A DNA stretch of 64,000 bases from Desulfatiglandales bacterium. Lineage in GTDB: Bacteria > Desulfobacterota > DSM-4660 > Desulfatiglandales > HGW-15. The stretch lies in assembly GCA_963667015.2 (NCBI GenBank), contig CAXXJJ010000001.1, positions 1,440,001 to 1,504,000 of the forward strand, read 5' to 3'. A model generated the notes under the pieces. The model had not been told where the DNA came from. It made no database searches and saw only the letters and a program-made list of their open reading frames with translations. The translations under genes and the position numbers were made by a program. Positions 19,355 through 29,752 of this stretch are shown piece by piece (the stretch's first letter is position 1; each line of letters starts with the position of its first letter).

Positions 19355-20317
19355 TCAGGCTTTAAGAGACAGAATGGCCCTTTTTACCAGTGTTTTTGCA
19401 ATCTGAACCTTAAATTTAGCTGCCTTGAACAGGGGCTTTGCATCGGCCACAGCAGCTTCTCCGGCTGCCTCTGCATCCTTTTCGCTTATCTTCTTGATGC
19501 CTTTTCCTGCGATAACTTCTTCGGCCTTTGTGGCGCGCACCGGTACAGGGCCAACTGCATTGAGGCTGATTCTGGGATTTTTACCGCCTGCCATTACGGC
19601 GCAGTTTACAATGGGGAAATCTATTGATTTCCTGAATGCAAACTTGATGAATGCACTTTTGGCTCCCTTCGGAAGTTCCGGTATCTGGATTTCCTTGATG
19701 ACTTCATCCTTTTCAAGGATGTTGTTTGAAGGCTGTCTGACATCAAAGAAATCTTCTGCCTCAATCGCCCTGCGGTCTGTGATTACCTTTGCATTGAGTG
19801 CAATAAGGGCCGGTGCCGTATCGCTTGGGTTCACGGCAATACATCCTTCCTTTGCCCCGAAGATTGAGTGATAACGGTTATCGCCGCTCATTGCATAACA
19901 CTTGCTTCCGCCTTTGCGTTTGCAGTCAAAGCGGTTTTCCGGTTTGCGGAAGTACCAGCAGCGGTGCAGCTGCGCGATATTTCCTGCGATGGTCCCCATC
20001 TCCCTTATGTGGGGAGTCGCAACCCTTGAAGCGGCCTGCGCAAGAGCAGTGAAATTTTTCTGTACAATCTCATTTGCAGCAATATCCGCCAGCCGGGTTG
20101 TTGCTCCTATTTTAAGCATGCCCTTTTCTTCCCTGATATAGTCAAGGCCGGGAACGGACTTGAGGTTTATCAGGGTGGCGGGGTAATCCCGGAGGATGTT
20201 ATCTTTCAGTGTGCCAAGCAGGTCGGTCCCGCCGGCTATAAGGGTTGTTTTACCGTCAGCAAGGGCGGTTTTTACTTCTGCCAGTGATGTTGCGTTTACG
20301 TGATTAAATGGTCTCAT
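19355..20317 (-). CDS. Xanthine dehydrogenase-family FAD subunit with [4Fe-4S] insert (PaoB/HcrB-like)
   Basis: AGGTDL, TIAGNI, RCWYFR..C..KC..CIAVNPSD. Confidence 0.92.
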   Translation of the reverse strand: MRPFNHVNATSLAEVKTALADGKTTLIAGGTDLLGTLKDNILRDYPATLINLKSVPGLDYIREEKGMLKIGATTRLADIAANEIVQKNFTALAQAASRVATPHIREMGTIAGNIAQLHRCWYFRKPENRFDCKRKGGSKCYAMSGDNRYHSIFGAKEGCIAVNPSDTAPALIALNAKVITDRRAIEAEDFFDVRQPSNNILEKDEVIKEIQIPELPKGAKSAFIKFAFRKSIDFPIVNCAVMAGGKNPRISLNAVGPVPVRATKAEEVIAGKGIKKISEKDAEAAGEAAVADAKPLFKAAKFKVQIAKTLVKRAILSLKA

Positions 20318-20327
20318 AGTTTCCCTC

Positions 20328-22742
20328 CTATGCCTTACCTAATGCTTTGAGCACCTTGTCCGGCGTGGCCGGCGGATCTACCCATTTGCCGATTGCATTA
20401 TAAATTGCTGCAATAATCAGGTGTGTATTTGCAAGAGAATGGCTGATTCCATTAGCTCCATAACAGGCATTCCCTGCGCGTGTTTCCAGAAATTGCGATT
20501 CAACCTTTGCGTGATCCGCCATTGTCGGTTTTTTATACTCAATCATGTTCGTATTTAATCTTACGCCGGTTTTCTCGTCAAATATAAAATCTTCATATAA
20601 CTGGCAGCCTTCACTGAAGAACATTACCTGCTCTATCTGGCTTTCCAGCGATGTGCGGCGCATTACCTTGCCGGGGTCAGCAACAACGCCAAGCCTGATT
20701 ATTTCGACTTCACCTGTTTCAGTATCTACCGCGACCTCACACATGGCAACGTTCATTGTGTCAAGCTGTTTTCCCTGATGTGTCCATAGAGCTGCCGGCG
20801 GCCTGCCGGAGTAGGATGCCATCAGGTTGGTCTTTACCGCCTGTGCAAGTGGAAGGCCTTTACTCGGGTCATTCTTGAATACTACCTTTCCATCCTGCAT
20901 ATCCAGGTCTTCCGGGTCTGCACCCTTGAATGGATTCGGCTGCTGCTTTTGTCCGAAACCGCCGAATCCGCCGAATCCGCTGGGAGCAGGAGGATTATTT
21001 GCCTCTTCAACCGTGGCTTCAAGTATCTTCTTTTTTAATATGTTCGCACATTCCTTTAAGGCCCAGCCGGAAGCGGTTGTTCCGTCGCTGCCTCCGCCCC
21101 AGGGTTTGTAGGTAACATGGTGATCAAGTGTGGATTTAATATCCTCGTATTTAAGGCCAAGCTCCTCTGCGATAACCATCATGTTTGCTTCATGGATATA
21201 GTTGCCTACTACAGCTCCGGCAGAAGCCAGATGCACTGCGCCGTTTCTATACTCAATGGTCGGGCTGTACCCGGAAACCGAATGACGCGGACACTGGTTG
21301 TACCTGAAACATGCACCATGCATCCTGCCATCCTTGAGCTTCTTTTCACCTGTGCCGTGCCATTTCCAATTCATCATCTTTTTTGCCGCCTCAATGCATG
21401 CCTCAAGGCTTGGAAGCGGATCTGGATCATCCTGGGATGTCGGTCCGTGAACGTTTATTCTTGCGATCTCGATGGGGTCCTTGCCCAGTTTATCGGCAAT
21501 CATATGTATTGCAACAGTAACAGCATCCCAGTTCATCGGGTTATGCTGGCCGCTGGTCCACATCTTGCCGCGGTTACTGTCAACCATATCCATATTCTGT
21601 CTGATGTTCTTGCATCTTGTGGTATAGTAGGGGCCGTACATCTGGTCCATTGAAGTTCCGAAGTTTGTGCTTCCCTCTATCCCTGCATCAGCAATTGAAA
21701 AATCGTCCATAGCGGTAATAAGACCGTTCTTTTTAAATCCGACCTTAAGATGTATATACCGCAGGTTCAGGTTGAAGTCATACTGATCATAGCGGCTGTT
21801 AACACACCTGACCGGCCTTCCTGTTCTTTTGGCAAGCAGGGGCGTAACAAGCTGGGATTTTCGTGTTCCCCAGTCGCAGTATCTTCCTCCTACAAAAAAG
21901 CATTCCTGAAAAACCTTGTCCCCCGGTACCCCGGCCATTCTTACTGCCGACCCATGTCCCCATGGAACACCCTCAATACGAAGATTTTTTCCTTCTCCAT
22001 GATAGGGGCTGTCAAACCAGTAGGCTGCAGAGCCTATGGGGTTGGGTATATGCCCTGCAAAGGAAGGCGTGTTTATGTCACATTCAAGAATATGATCCGC
22101 TTCCTTGAAGCCTTTCTCAACGTCTCCGGCATTATTCTGGGTGGAGTATGAAACATTTCCCTGTTTGGGCTTCTGTTTCGCTCCTCCTCCTCCTCCAAAG
22201 CCGCCAAAACCGCCTTTTGATTTTGGAGCAGGGGGGCGTATGACAGGAGCATTAGGCTTTCTGCCTTCAAGAATATCCACTACATGGGGCAGCACCTCCC
22301 ATTCGCTGTCCTTTGTGAGCTGCCTTAATGCCTCTTCACATATATCTTCATTTTCGGCAACAACTATTGCGCCGATTATGCCGCCTTCCTGGTCTGCCAT
22401 ATTGGTTATAAAGGGCTGGGGCGGTCCCATCATAAATCCGCCGCCGCCACCACTGCCGTAGGCCTTGATATCTTCATCTTCCCATGTAAGGATATCGATA
22501 ACCCCGGGTATTTTCATGGCATTACTGGTATCCATTTTATTAATTTTTGCATTTGCGTAGGGGCTTCTTAAAAATTTTGCCTCAAGCATTTCCGGGAACA
22601 CATAGTCAGCCCCGAATTTTGCGATGCCTGTTGCCTGTGACCAAGACAGCCTTCCGGGAAGGTGTTTATCTCCTGAAGATGCGGGCATTCCTACAACCCT
22701 AAAAATTTCTCTCTGTCCGTTTACTCCTGCTAAATCGGCCAT
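20328..22742 (-). CDS. Xanthine dehydrogenase-family molybdopterin-binding subunit
   Basis: ATGIAKFGAD, LRSPYANA, EVAVDTETGEV, NAIG..PATPDKVLKALG; GGAGG before ATG 22742. Confidence 0.9.
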   Translation of the reverse strand: MADLAGVNGQREIFRVVGMPASSGDKHLPGRLSWSQATGIAKFGADYVFPEMLEAKFLRSPYANAKINKMDTSNAMKIPGVIDILTWEDEDIKAYGSGGGGGFMMGPPQPFITNMADQEGGIIGAIVVAENEDICEEALRQLTKDSEWEVLPHVVDILEGRKPNAPVIRPPAPKSKGGFGGFGGGGGAKQKPKQGNVSYSTQNNAGDVEKGFKEADHILECDINTPSFAGHIPNPIGSAAYWFDSPYHGEGKNLRIEGVPWGHGSAVRMAGVPGDKVFQECFFVGGRYCDWGTRKSQLVTPLLAKRTGRPVRCVNSRYDQYDFNLNLRYIHLKVGFKKNGLITAMDDFSIADAGIEGSTNFGTSMDQMYGPYYTTRCKNIRQNMDMVDSNRGKMWTSGQHNPMNWDAVTVAIHMIADKLGKDPIEIARINVHGPTSQDDPDPLPSLEACIEAAKKMMNWKWHGTGEKKLKDGRMHGACFRYNQCPRHSVSGYSPTIEYRNGAVHLASAGAVVGNYIHEANMMVIAEELGLKYEDIKSTLDHHVTYKPWGGGSDGTTASGWALKECANILKKKILEATVEEANNPPAPSGFGGFGGFGQKQQPNPFKGADPEDLDMQDGKVVFKNDPSKGLPLAQAVKTNLMASYSGRPPAALWTHQGKQLDTMNVAMCEVAVDTETGEVEIIRLGVVADPGKVMRRTSLESQIEQVMFFSEGCQLYEDFIFDEKTGVRLNTNMIEYKKPTMADHAKVESQFLETRAGNACYGANGISHSLANTHLIIAAIYNAIGKWVDPPATPDKVLKALGKA

Positions 22743-22743
22743 A

Positions 22744-23463
22744 CTATGCACCTCCTTTTATTGTTGGCGCTGCTTCCATAATTGCGGTCGGATGACGATG
22801 ATAGGTTCCGCAGCAGCAGATGTTGCCGGCAAGGGCCTGTTTGCAGTCCTCTTCGGAAGGATTTGATTTTTTATCCAGGAGCGCCTTGGCTGAAACAAGA
22901 AAACCGGGTGTGCAGTAACCGCACTGCATGGCGTCCCATTTGCAGTAGGAATCAATAAGGGGCCGCCATTTGGGATCAGCCGCAATTCCTTCAACTGTCT
23001 GGATGGCTTTTCCTTCGCATTCCACCGCCAGGGTAGTACAAGAGAGAATCGCTCTTCCGTCCATGATAACTGTACAGGAGCCACAGGCCCCGCGACCACA
23101 CATGTGCTTTGCGCCGGTAAGACCCAGTTTGAACTGAAGTGTGCGTTGAAGTGTCCAGTGGGGCTCAATCAGAACCTCACAATCCTCTCCATTGATATTG
23201 AGCTTTGTGGTGACCGGCTCTACATGTTCGGGATGATCGGTTTTAAAATGGTTCTTAAGTTCTGCAAAACTGCTGAAATTTTTGCTGCAAACGGGGCATC
23301 GGAATTGAGTAACGGTTTTGGGCACCGATTTGATGGCCTCGGCAGCCTGTGCCATTTCAGGCCTGAGTGTCATTCCGGCTGCGCCAAGGGCGCCGCCTCC
23401 GATGATGACACCGGCATTCTTCAGAAAGTTTCTACGGTTTACATTATTTATTTCATCCGCCAT
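22744..23463 (-). CDS. 2x[2Fe-2S] subunit with Tat signal and C2H2-like finger
   Basis: NRRNFLK twin-arginine; CPVC..HFKTDH; CGRGACGSC, QCGYCTPG, CCC. Confidence 0.92.
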   Translation of the reverse strand: MADEINNVNRRNFLKNAGVIIGGGALGAAGMTLRPEMAQAAEAIKSVPKTVTQFRCPVCSKNFSSFAELKNHFKTDHPEHVEPVTTKLNINGEDCEVLIEPHWTLQRTLQFKLGLTGAKHMCGRGACGSCTVIMDGRAILSCTTLAVECEGKAIQTVEGIAADPKWRPLIDSYCKWDAMQCGYCTPGFLVSAKALLDKKSNPSEEDCKQALAGNICCCGTYHRHPTAIMEAAPTIKGGA

Positions 23464-23735
23464 GTTCAGCTCTCCTGAATAGTTAGTTAATAAGAAATGT
23501 TTTTGCCCAGGTAGTATGCAATTGGCTCATATAGGACAATGGCCAATTAAATACCTATATTCCCTTCCTTTAAACGATAATGTCAACATTTTTATATATT
23601 AAATATTTTTTTGGTCGTCAATCCCTTAACCTAAGTCAAAAAACGATTTTTAGTTCAGGGGCATCTTAAAAAACTCATTTTTAGGCTTTTTCGTGCGAAA
23701 AGTGGTGGGGAAAACTGATTCAACAATATTGGAAG

Positions 23736-24110
23736 CTATCCCCCGGCAAGCTTTGCCCTGTAGCCCTGTTTAATTATTTCATCCAGTATTACCTGCCTGT
23801 GATCACCCTGGATTAATATTTTTCCATCTTTTATTGATCCTCCTGTCCCACAGCGGGTCTTTATTTTTTTTGCAAACTCTTTCAAGTTATTATTTTTAAG
23901 GGGAATATTACCTATTATAGTGACTGTTTTTCCCTTATGGCCTTTGGTTTCACGCATAATCCTTATGACGCCATCTTCAGGATAGCTTCGGGTCGCTTCA
24001 CTGCCTTCATTCTTTTTCTTTTTTTTACAGATGCAGGAGGAAACCGGTTTGCTGCAATCGGGACAAATTCTTCCTGATTCCGAGGACCATACAAGTCTGC
24101 TTTTTGCCAT
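23736..24110 (-). CDS. yciH: SUI1/YciH-family translation factor
   Basis: RETKGHKGKTVT, CGTGGS, IQGDHR, AKLAGG. Confidence 0.9.
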   Translation of the reverse strand: MAKSRLVWSSESGRICPDCSKPVSSCICKKKKKNEGSEATRSYPEDGVIRIMRETKGHKGKTVTIIGNIPLKNNNLKEFAKKIKTRCGTGGSIKDGKILIQGDHRQVILDEIIKQGYRAKLAGG

Positions 24111-24127
24111 AGTTCAATCTCTCCGGT

Positions 24128-24334
24128 CTATTTTTTCTTATGCTGTTTTCTTAATGCCCGTATTTTATGGCCCTTTTCCTTGTGGGGAGGCAATTGCCAG
24201 CCGGAAAAATCACCGTTTTCATCAAAAATCCTTCGAGGATGAAGCCTTTTACCGCATCTTGAACATCGGTAAATTTTATCTCCATCTGTTACAATATCCT
24301 GCTGATCACACCAGTTATCCATATTATTACTCAT
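24128..24334 (-). CDS. Small hypothetical protein, possible zinc ribbon
   Basis: WC..CSRCGKRL..PPHK; co-oriented 17 nt upstream of yciH. Confidence 0.6.
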   Translation of the reverse strand: MSNNMDNWCDQQDIVTDGDKIYRCSRCGKRLHPRRIFDENGDFSGWQLPPHKEKGHKIRALRKQHKKK

Positions 24335-24684
24335 TGAATCTTATATATGTTATTTTATATTTATTTTCTAAATAGTGTCTTATTATTTAAACCTGCTAAA
24401 GATAATAAAAAGAATGATTTAAAGCAACAGGTATCCAGCATATCATTGCTTCACCTGTAAACAGGCATCCAAGAATATTTTACCTTTTGAAAAACTCTTT
24501 GACATTCTGCCTCATTTTAATAATATAGACCTGAAAAAAGGTGTGGAAATTCAAATACTTTTATAAGATCACATAAGATTAAGTAGCCTGCCGCAATGGG
24601 ATGTGAGGCAAGACAGTGACAGGTTATAAAGATACTGTTCAGTATGATATAATGCAGTCACATTAGCAGAAGGAGGATATCAGC

Positions 24685-25680
24685 ATGGCATCAATTACAG
24701 AGCAGGAAAAAATAATCGATCAATACATAAATGAAGGTAATCAGGATGAGGCGGCAAAGGCATTGTTTAATTTGATAGTGGAATGTGCAAAGAAAAAAGA
24801 TTTTATAAAAGCAGAGGCCCTGAGAGAGAAACTCTTTGAAGTGGCCCCCATGGCCCTGAACGAAATAACAAAATCCGGTGATATCATTGATGAAGAAAAG
24901 AGTGTCTCGATTGATGACGGGCACCGGAAGGCCTGGTCGGAACTTTACAGTGCACTTAATACTGAAGAAGCCAATGAGCTTTATTTTGACCTCAGGGAAA
25001 ATGAATACGACGAGGGGCAGATAATCTTCAACATCGGAGATAATGACACCAGGCTGTATCTTTTTGATTCCGGTGACGTGAAAATGGTTTTTATAAAGGA
25101 TGACGAGAACGCCATAAAAGTCCTGGGCCCTGGCGATACTGCAGGAAAAGACACGTTTTTTTATACCACTGCCTTCAGAACTTTCTCTCTGGTAGCCGGT
25201 TCCGGGGCAAAGCTTCGTATCCTTGAAAGGGAAGTTCTGGAAAGATGGAAGAACAGCGCCCCGGGCCTTGAGAAAAAACTGAATGATTATTGCTTTAAAG
25301 ACGGGGGGATAGCCGAATATTGTCATAAACACGGGATAGACAGGAGGTTTAATAAACGGAAAAAGATATCGGGAAAGGTAGGAGTCCAGCTCCTGAATCC
25401 TTCAGGAGCTCCCACCGGAAAGCAGTTTACAGGAGCCCTTAACGATATCTCCATGGCCGGTTTATCATTCACCTTTAAGCTGTCAAATAATGAAGTCGCA
25501 CATAAATTGCTGGGTGTAAAAACAAAAACACAGCTTGTTGTACCGGATGGTGACTCATCAAAAAAGATAGAGCAGACCGGAGAGATAGTCGGGATAGGGT
25601 ATCACGTACTTGCTGATCATTCCCTTCATATAAGATTTGATAAAATTGATGAGAAGCTTAAAACACTGGTTGGTGATTGA
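24685..25680 (+). CDS. Cyclic-nucleotide-binding + PilZ domain protein
   Basis: cNMP fold (IFNIGD, LYLFDSGDV, LGPGD); PilZ RRFNKR and DISMAG; AGGAGG RBS. Confidence 0.82.
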   Translation: MASITEQEKIIDQYINEGNQDEAAKALFNLIVECAKKKDFIKAEALREKLFEVAPMALNEITKSGDIIDEEKSVSIDDGHRKAWSELYSALNTEEANELYFDLRENEYDEGQIIFNIGDNDTRLYLFDSGDVKMVFIKDDENAIKVLGPGDTAGKDTFFYTTAFRTFSLVAGSGAKLRILEREVLERWKNSAPGLEKKLNDYCFKDGGIAEYCHKHGIDRRFNKRKKISGKVGVQLLNPSGAPTGKQFTGALNDISMAGLSFTFKLSNNEVAHKLLGVKTKTQLVVPDGDSSKKIEQTGEIVGIGYHVLADHSLHIRFDKIDEKLKTLVGD

Positions 25681-25681
25681 T

Positions 25682-26650
25682 CTAGTCTCCTTTGCGTATG
25701 TAGACATCGCCGTCTATTGTATTTAAATATATATCCTGACCGCCGCCGTTTATCCTGGTGCTAACATAGTTTGACTGAAAGAGCCTGCTGAAATTGTTCT
25801 GCGATCCGGGTGTGGCGGTGTCATCATTTATCTGTTTCCCGACACTTACATCACCCTCAAAACCCGAATATACATCCCCGTCCATTGTTTTTGCGTGAAT
25901 ATCAGCACTGGTGCCTTTTGGGAGGGTCAGATCAATGTCTCCATCAACTGAGCTTAAGTAGAGGGCCTTGTCTTTTTGAAGTTTATCAAAGACTACACGT
26001 ACATCCCCGTCAACAGAGCTGGCAAAAACCGCGCCCCTTATATTTTCAGCATTAATGCTTCCCTGTACGGTATTGACTTCTACTATACCTGCAAAATCTT
26101 TAATATTTATCTCCCCGTCCAGGATGCCATTTAAGACTCCCCCCAGGGTGTTACCGACAATGTCCCCTATAAAATTACTGTTTTCACCGTTGTTATCTCC
26201 CTTGAAAATGGTTGAGATAATCTGATTAACAAAATTACTGGTCCCCCATGACTCCTTGTGTACATCACCTCCGAATTTGAGGATTATGTCGTTGGGGACC
26301 TTCACAGTTAAGGCAATTTCTTTATCTACAGGCCGGGAGATAATGATGATATTATTTTTTTTGTTGTTGATAATATTGAAGCCTCCGCCACCAATTCTTT
26401 TCAGCCCTTTTGCCTTTTCATTTGCTTCCTGATCTTTCTCGAATATGTTTTCATCCGAGTAAATAAGGACCTTATTGCCCTTGTATCCTGTAACGTTAAG
26501 ATCTCCGCTTCCGCTGAACACCACTATTCTTTGTCCCTTAGGATCCCCAAATTCTACCTCGGAATTATATCTGTTTTGTTTGGCAGAACATATACCTGTA
26601 GTGAATAACAGAGTAACAAGGACTATCTTTACTATTAGAGATTTTTTCAT
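25682..26650 (-). CDS. Exported DUF4097-like beta-repeat protein
   Basis: Signal peptide; repeated SSVDGDV/SSVDGDI/TMDGDV/TIDGDV. Confidence 0.75.
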   Translation of the reverse strand: MKKSLIVKIVLVTLLFTTGICSAKQNRYNSEVEFGDPKGQRIVVFSGSGDLNVTGYKGNKVLIYSDENIFEKDQEANEKAKGLKRIGGGGFNIINNKKNNIIIISRPVDKEIALTVKVPNDIILKFGGDVHKESWGTSNFVNQIISTIFKGDNNGENSNFIGDIVGNTLGGVLNGILDGEINIKDFAGIVEVNTVQGSINAENIRGAVFASSVDGDVRVVFDKLQKDKALYLSSVDGDIDLTLPKGTSADIHAKTMDGDVYSGFEGDVSVGKQINDDTATPGSQNNFSRLFQSNYVSTRINGGGQDIYLNTIDGDVYIRKGD

Positions 26651-26672
26651 TTTATCCTCCGATTAATTGTGC

Positions 26673-27485
26673 CTATATAAATTGCTTTAATGCCTTTCTT
26701 GCACGCTCTTTTACATGTTTTTCTACTTCAGGATTGTTAATCATCCTGATGAGCGTGGAAGATGAATCGGTTTCTTTTATGGCTGCAAGCAGATCAATCA
26801 GTGCTATCTGAACCAGGGGTGAAGATTGAAGCCCCAGTGAAATTACGAGTTCGCGTTTTACATATTCATTATCCGCAAAGTTTGTCAGTGCGTTGACAGC
26901 TGCCATCCGCACGTTAACATTCGGATCGCTGTTTAAAAGCAGCAAAAGGGTTGCATAAAACTGTGTGTCCACGTTTTTCAGCTCGCTTGTTCTTGAAAGA
27001 CCGCTTATCCTGTCAGCCGCTGAGGACTGGTTCAGGAGGGATGTCATGACAACCCTGTTCAGTTGATTCATGTCTGTCTTCAACTGGACAATCTCATTAT
27101 TGGGCGCTGTTTTATCATTAATGCTTAAACCTGTTACCAGACCGATAATAAGAACTGCTACTGTTGTCATAAATTGAACCACAGGGCGTTTCGGCCACCA
27201 TGACTCGATCCAGTTTCCTATTGACTCGTGCCATGAGATTTTTTTATTGTTCATCCCCAGGCTGTATGAGTCGATCATGCTCCGGAAGTTTCGCTTCAGA
27301 TTGACGGATGGTTCTTCCATTTCAAAGCTGTCCAGCATACACAGAGTTGATTTAATACTTTCCATTTCAGCGGAACAGGCTTCGCAGGAAGACAGATGCT
27401 CATCGACACTTCGGGCTTCCTCATCATTCAACGCGCCGTCGATATACTCGATAATCAATGTTTTAATATCTTCACATCCTGCCAT
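26673..27485 (-). CDS. Anti-sigma factor (zf-HC2, TM, HEAT repeats)
   Basis: HLSSCEAC; TM helix; DPNVNVRMAAVNAL. Confidence 0.85.
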   Translation of the reverse strand: MAGCEDIKTLIIEYIDGALNDEEARSVDEHLSSCEACSAEMESIKSTLCMLDSFEMEEPSVNLKRNFRSMIDSYSLGMNNKKISWHESIGNWIESWWPKRPVVQFMTTVAVLIIGLVTGLSINDKTAPNNEIVQLKTDMNQLNRVVMTSLLNQSSAADRISGLSRTSELKNVDTQFYATLLLLLNSDPNVNVRMAAVNALTNFADNEYVKRELVISLGLQSSPLVQIALIDLLAAIKETDSSSTLIRMINNPEVEKHVKERARKALKQFI

Positions 27486-28026
27486 TGCACTCTCCCGATA
27501 CTTTATGGAACTGATCCTTTAACTCATTCATGGCTCTGTACATTCGGACCTTTAATGCGCCGACCCCGCAACCAACTATTTCCGCAATCCGGGAATAGGG
27601 TAATCCTGAAAATCTGTAAAGGCTAATTATCTCCCTGTTATCGGGTGATATTCCTTCAAGGGCTGCCCTGAGGAGGTTAACATCTGCCTTGTTTACCAGG
27701 TCTTCCTCAAGGGATTTTTTGCCTTCTTCCGGCATTTCGGGATCTAATTCACTGTTTAACGACCTATTTTTCTTGAAAAAACTTATTTTTTCATTGCGTG
27801 CAATTGAGTACATCCATGTCTTGAAATCAGCGCCTTCTTTGAATGTATGCCTGTATTTTAAAATACTGTAAAAAACATTCTGCACAAGATCTTCGCTGGT
27901 TGAGCTGTCTTTTATCTGAAATTTGAAATAATTGTATAAAATCTTGGAATATTTGCTAAAAAGCTCTTCAAGCTTATGGATATCGCCATTTTTAACACTC
28001 AGCATTATTTCGTGATCCTGTGTCAA
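27472..28026 (-). CDS. ECF sigma-70 factor
   Basis: EDLVQNVF, FKTWMYSIARN, IAEIVG..KVRMYRA. Confidence 0.92.
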   Translation of the reverse strand: MTQDHEIMLSVKNGDIHKLEELFSKYSKILYNYFKFQIKDSSTSEDLVQNVFYSILKYRHTFKEGADFKTWMYSIARNEKISFFKKNRSLNSELDPEMPEEGKKSLEEDLVNKADVNLLRAALEGISPDNREIISLYRFSGLPYSRIAEIVGCGVGALKVRMYRAMNELKDQFHKVSGECNGRM

Positions 28027-28114
28027 TTCTGCTCCGGAATTTTTTTCATATTTTGATTATAAATAGAAACGTTACAGGGAAAGGTTACAAAAAAAATAAT
28101 AAAGGAATAGTATT

Positions 28115-29752
28115 TTATGGTTTCTTTAATTCCTCCCTGACCGAAACCCCCAGTGTCTGAAAAGTTAAGGGCCTTTTTATGAACTGGCCGGCACCAAGTT
28201 CAAGAGTTGCCTTTACATCATTTGTTTCGGCAAATCCGCTTACAATAACAGCCTTTTGCGAGGGATGTATCTTTTTTATCCTTTCATATGTCTCCCTGCC
28301 GTTTATACCTGGATCCATAATCATATCAAGTATTACTAAATCCACGCTGTGCTCTGTCAGATATTCCACGGCTGCCTCTCCGCTGCTCAAGGTTTGTACC
28401 TGATAACCCAGTTTTTCCAGCATCTTTCCGGATATAATCAGCTGGCTTTCTATATCATCAACAACAAGTATCGTTTCTCCATTGCCTTTGAGATCTTCAA
28501 TTGAAGCAGGTGCGTCTGCTTCGAATATTTCTGTCCTTGTTATGGGAAAATACAGATCAAAAGTAGTTCCCTGTGGTTCGCTTCTAACGTTGATGTATCC
28601 CTCATGCTCCTGTACTACATTCCAGACAACTGCCAGGCCCAGACCGGTTCCGCTCCTGCCAAGTACCTTTTTTGAGTAAAAGGGTTCAAATATTCTGTTG
28701 AGGTCTACAGATGATATTCCTGCGCCATTATCAGATACCGAGAGGACAGCATATTCGCCAGTCCTGACATCATCATAGGCCTTAAGAGGTTTATCCAGGT
28801 ATTGATTGGTTGTTGATATTGTAACAACTCCGGTTCCTTCAATAGCTTCAGAGGCATTTACTATCAGGTTCATTATTATTTTTCTCAGGTGTATATATGA
28901 ACCGTTTACATTCAGCAAAGAATCATCTATTCGGGTTTTAAAGGTTACCGCTGGATTATACCGTTCCAGCTGACTGAACTCGGGAGATTTTAAGTATTCA
29001 TTTATAAGCCTGTTCAGGTTGACGGGCATTTTAGCTGTAGCTACTCCCCTTGCAATTGTCAGAAGGTCCTGGACAATAGAAACAGCCCTGTTTCCGGATT
29101 CCATAATTGTCTCTATAGGTTTTCTAAGCCTGCTGTCTTCCGGTATATCCAGGAGAAGCAATTCGGGATAACTCACAATACCTGACAGGATATTATTCAG
29201 GTCATGGGCTACCCCTCCGGCAAGAAGGCCAAGGGATTCCATCTTCTGGGAACGCTGGAGTTTTTCTTCAAGCCTTTTTTGTTCTTTTTCCGAATTTATC
29301 CGGTCGGTAATATCAATCCATGTTGAAAAGGAATAATAAAGTTCCCCGTTTTCGATGATAGGCGTGACGTACAGGTCTACCCAGAACTGCTCACCGTTTT
29401 TCTTTTTATAAAGTCTTTCAACGTGTTGAATCCCATGCCGGCCGAGTTTCAGCCTGTCATCGAGTGTGCCATATCCGGGATCATCAACCCACCATGAATA
29501 TGGTGCCTTTGTGTTAAGTGCCTCCTCGGCAGTATAACCGGTCAGTTTTTCAAATGCGGGATTTACATATTTAACCGAGGTATCGGTATTAAAAACTATT
29601 ATTGCATTTGGGGAATGCTCAAGCAGACGGGATATAAATCCGAGGCTCTCCTTTAGTGCCTCTTCCGCTATTTTGCGGTCAGTTATTTTAGTAATTTTTT
29701 CAAGATCCTGAATTTTCTGTTCTAATTCTTCATAACTTGGCTTTTTTTTCAT
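28115..29752 (-). CDS. PAS hybrid sensor histidine kinase
   Basis: PAS; AHDLNN H-box; N/G boxes; receiver LDMIM. Confidence 0.93.
   Translation of the reverse strand: MKKKPSYEELEQKIQDLEKITKITDRKIAEEALKESLGFISRLLEHSPNAIIVFNTDTSVKYVNPAFEKLTGYTAEEALNTKAPYSWWVDDPGYGTLDDRLKLGRHGIQHVERLYKKKNGEQFWVDLYVTPIIENGELYYSFSTWIDITDRINSEKEQKRLEEKLQRSQKMESLGLLAGGVAHDLNNILSGIVSYPELLLLDIPEDSRLRKPIETIMESGNRAVSIVQDLLTIARGVATAKMPVNLNRLINEYLKSPEFSQLERYNPAVTFKTRIDDSLLNVNGSYIHLRKIIMNLIVNASEAIEGTGVVTISTTNQYLDKPLKAYDDVRTGEYAVLSVSDNGAGISSVDLNRIFEPFYSKKVLGRSGTGLGLAVVWNVVQEHEGYINVRSEPQGTTFDLYFPITRTEIFEADAPASIEDLKGNGETILVVDDIESQLIISGKMLEKLGYQVQTLSSGEAAVEYLTEHSVDLVILDMIMDPGINGRETYERIKKIHPSQKAVIVSGFAETNDVKATLELGAGQFIKRPLTFQTLGVSVREELKKP

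Noticed and set aside
24580..24684. c-di-GMP riboswitch before the PilZ gene
   Set aside because: Lacks the GEMM GCAAA/GNRA architecture
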